Made by a program: the position numbers and the translations under genes. The notes under the pieces were generated by a model. The model saw nothing but the letters and a program-made list of their open reading frames with translations, had not been told where the DNA came from and ran no database searches. A DNA stretch of 63,826 bases, filler included, from Craspedostauros australis (taxonomy: Eukaryota): NCBI GenBank assembly GCA_030167865.1. It is 9 parts of 9 records of this genome, joined end to end, with 100 filler letters (N's around TTAATTAATTAA, not from the genome) between each part and the next. Parts side by side here need not be neighbours in the genome. Positions count along the whole stretch, not along the records: positions 49,344 to 57,568 come from JALAGF010003920.1; positions 57,669 to 61,576 come from JALAGF010003921.1; 7 more parts are not named here. One strand, given 5' to 3'. This document shows, piece by piece, positions 49,885 to 60,126 of the stretch (positions are counted from its first letter, which is position 1; each line of letters opens with the position of its first letter).

Positions 49885-51568
49885 GACCCATCCAATTGCA
49901 TGTCACAAGAGGATGCTCGATCAACACATCAAACAGAAAAAATGCACAATGAGAAAAAACGAGCACCAACCAAAAAACACACACACACACACACATCAAC
50001 AACACCACAAAAATCGAAAAACACCCACAAACACCCACAAACAAACAGTGCACCAGTAGAATAAGCCGATACCGTTAGTAGTCACAGTAACGAACACAAC
50101 AAACCTGACTTGTCGCAGCGCGAGATCCAGCCACCGCAGGGATTGCCGTTGTGGATTCGCTCAAGTGCGACGAAATGCCATTGATTCGTGACCTAAGAAC
50201 AAATTATTTCTTTTTGTGACTTTTACGATGACTCCCAGGTCAGGATTGCAAGAGAAGAGTGCGAGTGAATGAATGAGTGAGTGAGATCGAGAGATGGAGC
50301 CGAATCGAAGCACTTCTCCACGACTTGTGCAGTTCTGTCATCTTTTCGCACTCGCGATTGGGCATGTTGTTGTGGTTTGGGGTGTTCTGTTTCGTTCGTT
50401 TGTTCGTTGCTTTGTGCGGACTTCCCACGATTCGTCAGTACTCCATTCTAAGACACATGCGACATGTCGTGACAGTGTCGCATCGACTACAACGGATAAA
50501 TGGTTTCGTCAGCAACAGGACATTGTCAGATGCATGTTTTTCGCATATTTTCGTCGTTTTTCTGCTAATTCCGGCAGTTCTCAGATGGGCGCCAGTTTGA
50601 CCGCGGCGATTAAAAGAACGATGTCTCCACGCGCAAGTTTTTTGGAGATGCGGTGGTACGGAACCAACATACCCAGCGACCGCACGTACCCACAATACCA
50701 ACAAACCCTCAAAGGTGGCAATGGTACAAACGTTTACATACAGCAGACCAAACGTATCTTTTGAGCCAGGCAAGAAAATCACAAGGGAAAGACGACGCAA
50801 CAGGCCAAGGTGAGAGCGACAGCAAGCATGTCTTGATCCGCTTGTGTGTGTCTGCGTGCGGGCGCTTTCGTGTTTCGGTGAGGTTTGTGGTGAACATGTG
50901 ACAGAGTGACTCGAAGAGTACTCTGCTCTTCGTATGGTACGACTATGTTGCATTGGGATGCACGAGCACCATCCTTCTCGTTGATGGGAGGGACGGTCAC
51001 AACCCAGCAAACAGAATCACCGACAGTCAACACATGTCATGTTGTGCACAACACCACTTTGAGGGCGCGCAATGCCTTCAGGCATCATTTGTTCCTGTTG
51101 ACTGCGATCAGCTTCATGACGACAATGTCGATCGTGCATGTTATTCATTGCAGCCTGTCAGATGGCGAAGTCGAACTCCATTGTCACGATGACCACCATG
51201 TCACAATCGGCGATGCTGTATTCGGGGGCGTGTGCCTGACACCACGCTGCCGGATGACGGAACGGAACTCCGGTTGCGGCATGGTGGAAGCGCGCGCAGC
51301 ACAGCACCAGCGACGATGACAATGGCGATGATCCTCCACGGACAATCGACAGCAACAGCAGCGGCAACAAGATGAAGGCTCACACAGGCTTGACTCAACG
51401 GCCGTCCATCCACCCCCCTTTTCTCCTTCGCCCATGGTGTCTTGTTTCGCTCTGACGTCAAATCAAACAGAGCAGCAGCGCCAGCACCTTCACTCTCCTG
51501 AAACACGCACACACACACCCACACACCACAACAACACGCAAAAGGACGTGAAAGGACGGAACTCCAAG

Positions 51569-52576
51569 ATGGCGAAGAAACCAGGACGGGACCCCAACGC
51601 GCCCAAGCGCAACATGAGCGCGTACCTGCTGTACCAGAATGCCATGAGAGACCAGTTCAAGTCTCTCAACCCTGGCATGACGTTCGGTCAGCTCTCCAAG
51701 TACACGTCCGCCATGTACTCCGAGCTCACGCCGCACGAGAAGGAGAAGTGGGTTGCCAAGGCAGATGCCGACAAGGCCCGCTACCTGCACGAGCTGGAAT
51801 CGTACGAACCACCGCCGGGCTACGACAGAAAGGGCGACGCCGTCATCAGCCCCGTCATCACAAAGAGCGGCCGCCGCGGCAAGCCGGAGCGCGATGTCAA
51901 CGCCCCCAAGCGCAGCATGAGCGCCTACCTCCTGTACCAGAACGCCATGCGAGACCAGTTCAAGCGTGAGAATCCAGGCATGACCTTCGGACAGCTCGCC
52001 AAGTACACGTCGCACATGTACAAGAACCTCACGCCAGAGGAGAAGACGACGTGGGAGACCCGCGCCGCACAGGACAAGGCTCGGTACGAGGCAGAGCTCG
52101 CTGCGTACGTCCCGCCACCTGGACACGATGCGCGCGGAGTCCTCATCGAAGATCACCGCCCGCGCAAGCGCAACAAGCGCGCGCCGAAGGATCCATCCGC
52201 TCCCAAGCGGGCCAGCGGCGCCTACGTCTTCTTCACCAACGACGCCCGCCCCAAGGTCCTGCGCGAGTACCCCGGCATCAAGTTCGTCGATCTCGGCAAG
52301 ATCATGGGCGAGCGATGGCGCGCGCTGACGCCGGAGGAGAAGAAGCGCTACGAAATCATGGCGGCCGAGGACAAGGTCCGGTTCCAGCTGGAGATGCAGC
52401 AGTACACGGCCAACCAAGCGGCCGCCGCCACCACCGTGCAGTCCATCCCCGAGACCTTCGCCCAGGCGGCGCCGCAGCACACCATGGATGCCGCCTTCTT
52501 CCCCAACGACGTCGTCAGCTACGGCGTCAACTACGGCAACGATCCGTACAGCCAGCTGCATCAGTACCACAACTGA
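51569..52576 (+). CDS. Triple HMG-box protein (NHP6/HMGB-like)
   Basis: Three boxes starting DPNAPKRNMSAY, DVNAPKRSMSAY and DPSAPKRASGAYVFF, with WRALTPEEKKRYE in the third. Confidence 0.95.
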   Translation: MAKKPGRDPNAPKRNMSAYLLYQNAMRDQFKSLNPGMTFGQLSKYTSAMYSELTPHEKEKWVAKADADKARYLHELESYEPPPGYDRKGDAVISPVITKSGRRGKPERDVNAPKRSMSAYLLYQNAMRDQFKRENPGMTFGQLAKYTSHMYKNLTPEEKTTWETRAAQDKARYEAELAAYVPPPGHDARGVLIEDHRPRKRNKRAPKDPSAPKRASGAYVFFTNDARPKVLREYPGIKFVDLGKIMGERWRALTPEEKKRYEIMAAEDKVRFQLEMQQYTANQAAAATTVQSIPETFAQAAPQHTMDAAFFPNDVVSYGVNYGNDPYSQLHQYHN

Positions 52577-53216
52577 AGCCAGGCCTACGCATCGCAACCG
52601 CACGGTGCGGGTCCAGGCCAGTTCTCGGGGGGAATGAAAAAATGAGGATTTCTGAACTTGGATGTACTGGGTGAATGAGCGGATGAGCACTCCACTAGGC
52701 GCTCCAGTCCAGTCCAAGAGAGAGCAAGATGGCAGGCGATGGATGGGCTCTTGAACGCGCTCGAATGAATTTTGTTGATTTCGGAAGATCAACAGCGGTA
52801 CGTACCATGCATACCATACACAACTACTATTCCTGTCCTGAATGGGGAGGATTTGATCAAAATAGTGAGATATAACGATAGTGAACTACCATTACATGTA
52901 CATGTCACAAATACTATTATGCATGCAAGCGATCACAGTGTTGGATGTAGCGTGTGCGCGTGAGCGTACCATCCGCAGAGTGAGGTCGAGCCAATGTTGG
53001 TGTTTCTTCCTGACTTGCCCCGGCATGACCGCTCGCCTTCTCACAACTTCAGAAGAGGTGGATGTGGATGCATGCATCCATGCATGTTATGGTGCAGTGC
53101 ATCTCATCAACAACGCGCGGTGGCAACAACAGCAACAGAATGGATGGACGAATGAGTCAATCAAGAAGATCTGATACCGTTTCATGGGGTGGGGGTTGCT
53201 AGAGTGGTTTATTTGC

Positions 53217-53552
53217 TTATTTCTTTCTCTCGGCCAAGACCTTCTTGACTGCCTTCTGCTCCTCCAGCAAGAACGCTCTCATGATGCGCTCCTTGACGCA
53301 CTTGGCGGAGAGGCATCCTCCGTAGGCACGGCTGACTGTGCGCTGACGCTTCTTCAGGGAGTGGTACTTTGTCGATCGGATGTGCTTGATTCCCTGCAGC
53401 GGCACCTTGCTGTCACCGCATCGTGGTCCCTTGGAGGTCTTCTTGTCGCGCTGTGCCACCAACTTGCCGCCTGGCGTTCGGATGGGGCGGGCAGAGTGTG
53501 AGTTGGTGTTGTAGGAATGGCGTCCAACGCGTGTCCAACGAGAGTCCGGCAT
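53217..53552 (-). CDS. RPL34: 60S ribosomal protein L34 (eL34)
   Basis: RHSYNTNS, RTPGGKLV, RTVSRAYGG and RIMRAFLLEEQKAVKKVL. Confidence 0.96.
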   Translation of the reverse strand: MPDSRWTRVGRHSYNTNSHSARPIRTPGGKLVAQRDKKTSKGPRCGDSKVPLQGIKHIRSTKYHSLKKRQRTVSRAYGGCLSAKCVKERIMRAFLLEEQKAVKKVLAERKK

Positions 53553-54533
53553 GATTGCAATAGGCGTGTTGAGCTGTATTTGATCTGTGCGGGAGTTGAA
53601 AACAGAGAGGGAAGGTAGGAGGATGCAATTGGAGTCAATACAAGTGTGAGCATGATCGTCGATTCGAATACAAGCGAGTGCTGCATGTTCGCGCGTCGGG
53701 TGCAAATGGTGCTTCATTCCGCTGCACAACGAAGCAGTCCACAACGACACGAGATGTCAAACAGGTGCCTGCTTTGCAGCAACGGCGGAATGTCGGTGGA
53801 TCGTTGGTTGCGCATTGCAGTGGTGGGACCATCGATTCTAACGGCCGTATCTTCACATCGTCCCACCATCGGATGCATCCATGCACGGCTCGTGGCCGCC
53901 GACTGCCGCGCGATGTCGACCACGACGATGAATCATCGTCGTCATGATGGCATGCACCTTCTTGACGAAAGAAGACACGAAGCACACCAGCGTTTTCGAA
54001 CGCGTCTTCTGCAACGCGTTCCGCAGCGTCTCCACTTCCAACTCGCATGCACCGTTCCGCCGCTCACGACGCCGCTTCCATCACCATCGTCAGTTCCATC
54101 GTCCATCATCCTCACCTGAACGCAGAGTTGGGTTGAGATGTCCAGAGGAGGAAGCGGAAAACCAACAACAGGCGCAACAACGACAGGTCGATTTCGGACT
54201 CAAAATTGCGTTCTCCGACTGGTTGGACTGCAATTGTTTTAGTAAGAGGTGAAGAAATGGAAGGTTGGTTTCTGTAGAAACCCTACTGCGATCGTCTGCC
54301 CAACAGTCCGTTCAACCTGTGAGTTCTGAGATGAGAGAGAGATCGACAACAACAGAGAAAACTACCAAGAGACCTCCGCTGCAAGAACATCGGCACCATC
54401 AGCACCAACAGCAACACCGCCAACAGCATCGCCGTCAACACCAACAGCAACAACGACATTGAGCAGGACGGAAACAGGCACCGGGAGACCCCACCAACAT
54501 CCAACAACCAATCCATCAACGCAATACTTCACC

Positions 54534-55348
54534 ATGGCACGCAACGGAATCGCAAAGGGAACTGTCAGTGGTCACGTGACCACCCAGCGCGCAACACCAG
54601 CCAAGGCATCCCGGAAAAAGGGAGTACGTATTCCACTGTCGTCTTGTTGGCGTCAGCAATCGTTGTGGGCAAGATGGGGAGCAAAGGATTGTGAGCATCA
54701 CACCATCGACGGCATCCGTGTGGTCGCGATGTCACCGTGAGCGCTGGATCGAAGAATCAGAGGCATGGTGGTGATCTGCGAACTTGCTTCGTGAAGCTTC
54801 TTCTTGTTCGTGACAGACCGCTTCTGGAGCATGCATCACACTGCGATGGAGAGTGCTCTGGTACTTGTTCCGACAAGCACGCCTCTCCTCGGAACTGCGG
54901 ATGGAACATGACGATGATGAATTCAGAAGCAACATCGCAACCATGCGCATCACAAGACTTTGTTGACTCTCTGCCTTGCTTTTATACCAACATGTTGCTA
55001 ACGCCCTGCTGCTTTACCATCAACCATCTTGCTTCCTCCGTTGCCTTTAAAATCAACCTGGACTATCGATGACGAATCACCGCGACCTGCACCCCCATCA
55101 TTGCCTCATTGCAGACCCTTGGCGAGCGCACAAAGATGGTCCGCGAGCTCATCCGTGAGGTTGCTGGACTTTCACCATACGAGCGCCGAATTCTGGATAT
55201 GATCAAGACTGGAGGTTCTGCTGCCGATAAGCGTATTTACAAGTTCGCCAAGAGACGTCTGGGAAGCCACAAGCGCGCTGTCGTCAAGCGTGAGGACATC
55301 AAGGAGGTCAACGCCCAGCAGCGTGCTCGCCAGGCAGGTGCCAGCTAA
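54534..55348 (+). CDS. RPL36: 60S ribosomal protein L36 (eL36); exons 54534-54623 and 55115-55348
   Basis: GIAKG...GHVTT...SRKKG|TLGERTKMVRELIREVAGLSPYERRI...KFAKRRLGSHKRA. The intron is GTACGT...GCAG. Confidence 0.96.
54758..54911 (+). ncRNA. Candidate intronic H/ACA-like snoRNA
   Basis: Two hairpins with internal loops inside the RPL36 intron, followed by ACA at 54906-54908. The hinge lacks a canonical ANANNA. Confidence 0.35.
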
Positions 55349-55761
55349 GCTCTGTGAGACAATCAAACAAAAAACCCAAACATAAAACAACAAACACCCA
55401 CATTCCATTGCACTTTCAAGTGTTGTGCGCGCTGCTCCAAAACCCTCAACCGTATGCATTCTCTAGAATGGGTACTGTCCAAGTATCCGCACTGCATCTG
55501 TGTCGTTGTGCATGAGTGAGCAGAAAGGATCGTGTGGCAAGCTGTCAGCAACCGTAGACAAGGTCTGGATCGTGCTCTCCGGAATGATGCAAGTCCCAGC
55601 ACACACTTCGTCTCATACACCCAAATCAACATCTTGCCCAACAAGCGTGACGCCACCTGCGCGCACATAGAAACACGCACATGCTTCTGCACTCCAATAT
55701 GAATACGAATGCGCTACACCTCTAGTATTTGCAATCTACTTTATGTACTGATGAGAGTGAA

Positions 55762-56874
55762 TTAGATTGGCTTGGCCACTGTCAGAACCACCTTGCCATG
55801 CGAATGGCCACCTGCGACGGTCTGGAACGCCTTGCGGGCTCCGTCAGCTGTGAATGGCAACGGCATGCCCTCCTCGAGCTTGATGTCCAGTTCCTTTTCT
55901 TCCATCATCTTCAGAACCTCAGCACGGCCCTTGGGGAAGTCGTACGGCATGGCCAGCATGTACGATGGCAACTGGCTCTTGTAGAGCCACGTGTACAGCG
56001 GTCGCATGGGAAGATTGAAGAAGAACTTCACCGCCTTCCACACAGAGGTGACATCTGGCTTGGGATCGTCGCCTGCCACCGCAATGAACACACCGCCAGC
56101 ACGACCTGGTTTCAGCACGCGATGCGCCTTGTCCGTGAAGTTTCCGCCACCGACGGTGTCGATGATCTTGTCGAATGGCTGTTCCCATTCCATCTCCCAC
56201 CAGTTCTGCTCCTTGTAATTGATGACCTTGTCCGCGCCCAGCGACTCGCAGAACGCCTTCTGAGTCGACGTGGTGGCAACGAAGGATGCCTTGGCATGCG
56301 TCTTGGCCATGGCGATGGCGGCGGAACCAACACCGCCGGACCCGCCGAGGATCAGGACACGATCTCCTGCCTTCACGTTGTCCAACACTGCATTGCGCGC
56401 TGTGATGGCACTGGAGCTGGCGGCGGCCTTCTCGATGCTGACGGACGCGGGCTTCACGATGGCCTCGGCGTCGTCGACGATCATGTACTCTGCCAAGCCG
56501 CCTTGTGGAGAGGTACCGTTCGATGCCACGATCACGTCGCCATTCGTCAGCCGCGTGGAGCCGTTGCTGTCCACCACCTGGCCGCAAATATCCATGCCGG
56601 GCGTGAATGGGAAGCTGTCGGGATGCATGAAGATCAGGTTGCCTTGCACCATCAGGACGTCGCCCGGCGAAATGCTGCAGGCGAGGACGCGCACGAGGAT
56701 CTGTCCCTTGTTCTTCTTGGGATCCAGCTCCGGAATGGCCGCCGTGTCCGACAGCGTCATGGCGGTCGTCAGATTGTCCATCGAAGCGGAGACGAACTCA
56801 TGGACCTGAATTACCCTCATGGTCTTGGTTGTGGCGGAGGCTGTGGCTTTATCGGATGTGGATGTGGATGTCAT
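55762..56874 (-). CDS. MDR-family NAD(P)H:quinone oxidoreductase-like (Zn-free ADH_N + ADH_zinc_N_2)
   Basis: VRVLACSISPGD, FTPGMDICG, GGLAEY, VLILGGSGGVG, LGADKVINYK, IIDTVGG and GHSHGKVVL. Confidence 0.93.
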   Translation of the reverse strand: MTSTSTSDKATASATTKTMRVIQVHEFVSASMDNLTTAMTLSDTAAIPELDPKKNKGQILVRVLACSISPGDVLMVQGNLIFMHPDSFPFTPGMDICGQVVDSNGSTRLTNGDVIVASNGTSPQGGLAEYMIVDDAEAIVKPASVSIEKAAASSSAITARNAVLDNVKAGDRVLILGGSGGVGSAAIAMAKTHAKASFVATTSTQKAFCESLGADKVINYKEQNWWEMEWEQPFDKIIDTVGGGNFTDKAHRVLKPGRAGGVFIAVAGDDPKPDVTSVWKAVKFFFNLPMRPLYTWLYKSQLPSYMLAMPYDFPKGRAEVLKMMEEKELDIKLEEGMPLPFTADGARKAFQTVAGGHSHGKVVLTVAKPI

Positions 56875-57668
56875 CTTGAAGCTCGGTTGATTGAATGTTT
56901 TGACCTTTGATGTGTGCGAATGTTGCTCTCTATGTCTGCGGTGTTTGCAGATGCGATTGATGTTGTCTTGATTTTGTGAGACGACATGATGCACATCCTA
57001 TCCACGTGCACGTGAGCGTTCACATTCGCATCGCCTCCTTGCACCTTGCACCTTGCACACAATCGATAAGCATGAACGTATTGCATTCGTCTTCCATACT
57101 CACGATCATGCCAGCACGTGTACTACCTCCAGGTCGCAGTTGATGCACTCACGATAACACTAGTTGTGGAGTTTTGGCCCCTTGTTGTCACTGGTTTGCT
57201 TGCTTTTGGGAGAAACGGCGATTGGATAATTAGAGCTATTGTGTGTTTGCTCTCGCTGATCCGTCTTCTACGTCACAGGGAACGTATTCCACGTCATGAG
57301 AAACGAGTCACAACAGAGGAAGAGACATCGTGTGACTCTTCCTCCGCAAGACAAGATGATGACTGCGCGCGGCGACAACAGAATGTGCCAGGCCAGGACA
57401 GCCAACAACACTCCACGTTGACCAGTCTCACAATGGAAACCAGCAACATCCAATCGTCTCGGAATACAACGAAGCGCATTGGCAATCTGTACGACGCAGA
57501 CGACAGTGCTTCGCCAATCACCACAACATCGTCTTCACCTCGGCTGCCAATCCTGTGAATGATGCATGNNNNNNNNNNNNNNNNNNNNNNNNNNNNNNNN
57601 NNNNNNNNNNNNTTAATTAATTAANNNNNNNNNNNNNNNNNNNNNNNNNNNNNNNNNNNNNNNNNNNN

Positions 57669-60126
57669 CGCAGCAAGCTCTGTGACCAGGAAGGCTGCTC
57701 TCACGATGGTACTGAAGATCGATGACGACATTTCGGACGGAATGGAGGAAGCCAAGAACCAAGCGCCGGATGCAACCGATACGGTCGAGCAAAGGGCGAC
57801 AGCGATTCGGGAGAGATCGTCGTATAATGTGCTCCAGGAGGCCATGGTGGAAACGGCCACACGATCGAAGGCAGCAATTGACAAAGTTGTCGGCTTCATC
57901 GAGAAGATGAACGAATACCATCGAGCAAAAAACCCGGGTGTTGAGGTCACCGAAGCAAAAAAGAAGGTGATCAGAGTGGTCGTGGCCATCGATGAAGCAT
58001 CCTTCCTCAAGAATATATCCCGATCCATTATTCGCCACCACACAGACTTTGGAGAGCGCCTGGGGAAATTCTTCATGAACCGGTGTGCGGGTGACGACGC
58101 AAGGCAGGATTCCAACGACCTATTCCGAGTCCACGTCGTCTTCTCCATCGCAGGGACGGGTGTGTACGGGATTGCTGTTGGATCTCAGCATGGCAACTAC
58201 CTGCCCGTCAAGACCATCGCAGACCATCCGGATCGCAGAAAGAATGTCTACAACGTCCTGCGGAACGAATACACCTGCCATGAGAAGAAAGATGTCAAAG
58301 CACGTTCACTCCCTGACTTCGCTGATTTCGACGACTTCCCTTTTCTTCGTGCCATAGTCCACAACAATTCGAGGATGACATCGATCTTGTTGAACGAGAT
58401 GAACGCCACCCAGTTGTCTCCCAGGCATCCACATGAGGAGGCCAGACTCTTGATCCGGGTCTTTGATACCTTCATCGAAAGCAATGGGATGCGAATGCTT
58501 CAGGATTCCCCATCCGAAATGATGCTGACAGGAGCAAGGGCGATCGCTGTCTTCCTCTACCAAACAGAGTTCCATCCCGAAAAGCTCAAAGAGGAAGTCG
58601 CAGCAAGCAAGTTTGCAGATATGGACTATGGCCTGGAATTCGAAGAGGTCATGACTGATCCCAAGTTTACGGAAGACGAGGGAACCGACGAGAGAAAGGA
58701 GCTCAGCAAGAAAACGATGATGTGGCTACTCGTCGCGAAGTTTGGTCTGGTGACACCAACTATCGACAAAGAGGTTACCAAAGCAGGACACAACGCAGTC
58801 TTGACCCATGCAATCCCCAAGCCATTCGAAGTCGACGAGGCAATGCTGCTCTTGTCACTTTACATGGTGTCAGGGCGCGAGGCTGCAATGTCGATTGAAG
58901 CCTTCACGGGGACCACACCCTTCGCCTTTGAGATGATGTCAACTCAGCTGATCAACTGCGTCATTGCTGCTGCCATGACAGTCAAGCTGGAGAAACGACT
59001 TGATCTCAACCTTCAACACATCCTGAAGACACACCTGAAGATGTACGCCAACAGCTTGGGCAAGACAACGGAGGACTACCCCGAAGGCACACCTCTGCTT
59101 GTCAATGAAAGAATCCAAGAGGTATGGAAGAAACTTGCCAACTTCGTGCCAATTTCGTACAGAACCCCCCAAGCTCTCCAAGGTTCCTACTACCACAAGG
59201 GCAACTTCAACTTGAAAGTAGAGGATCCAGCAACAAAGGAGACGGGAGTTATCATCAAGAAGCTGAAGCTGACGCCGAAAGACGAGGTGGATAGCCAACT
59301 ACAACCGACCACACGTGAGAATGGTCGGGATCTTCTCCGGCTTACGCAGAAGACAGCCTTCTTGAAGATCGACAACGATCTATCGAACAACATGCGCAAG
59401 GTGTTGAGGGAGGTGGAAAAAGATCGTGAACGTGTCAAAGCAGCAAAGACTTTCGAGCTGCCTGGGCCGGACAATCGAATCGCAAAGCAGTTCTTTCCGC
59501 CAATCACAACCCTTCCGACTCGGACCAGCAACCTTGCCGACGGATACGTGTCTTGTGTTGGTGTCCAAATAACACAAGAGGAACAAGATGGGAAGCAGAT
59601 CTTACGGGTCGAAGACCTCGATATGTTCACCATTTGCAACCAATCCAAAGACTATTTCGGAGCGGTGTCGTGCACGAAACTTGAATTGAACATGAACAAT
59701 GTGCACAACGAAATCCTGGACGAAGAGCTTGGGCAGCATCGCTTTTACTGTGTTTCGAGCCGATCCACCAGCTTCCCGAAAGCACCTCGACACAAAAAGG
59801 CGCGTATCCCTTTCGGATCGTTTCCTGTGGATAAGGTACCTCTTCTTCGGGGGCCCATAAAGAGATTGGAAAGCCTCCGCAGCGGCGGAGCGATGACACA
59901 CAAACATGGAAAGACTTGCGTGAAGGTTTTGTCTGGTGAACCAAATGCAGCTGTTGACGTGGCCGAGCAGCTGAACCAATCCTCAGGCGATGGTGAAGGC
60001 GCGGATGGTGAAAACACGGATGGTGAAAGCACGGATGATGATGCAACCATGGTTGGTGAAAGCACGGATGATGATGAAAGCATGGACGATGATTCCGACT
60101 TGCCAGACCTGGGGGAAACCAGCTGA
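57669..60126 (+). CDS. Large hypothetical protein (5'-partial) with a Walker B-like motif and a possible C-terminal REase-like motif (Crinkler/CR-type candidate)
   Basis: VVVAIDEAS (57976-58002), FSIAGTG, NLADG...ICNQSKDY and an acidic tail. Intronless over more than 800 codons. Confidence 0.7.
59989..60090 (+). repeat. Degenerate 15-bp coding tandem repeat (GATGGTGAAAGCACG)
   Basis: Encodes DGEGA DGENT DGEST DDDAT...GEST DDDES. Confidence 0.8.

Noticed and set aside
50105..50175. Hammerhead ribozyme (CTGA...stem...GAAA)
   Set aside because: The core reads CUGACUU rather than CUGANGA, and no stem I, stem III or NUH cleavage site could be formed.
51458..52792. 444-aa antisense ORF over the HMG gene (likewise 25724-27373, 55729-56910, 62894-63688 and 6659-7621)
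   Set aside because: These are shadow ORFs produced by the codon bias of the real gene on the opposite strand, with no recognisable motifs.
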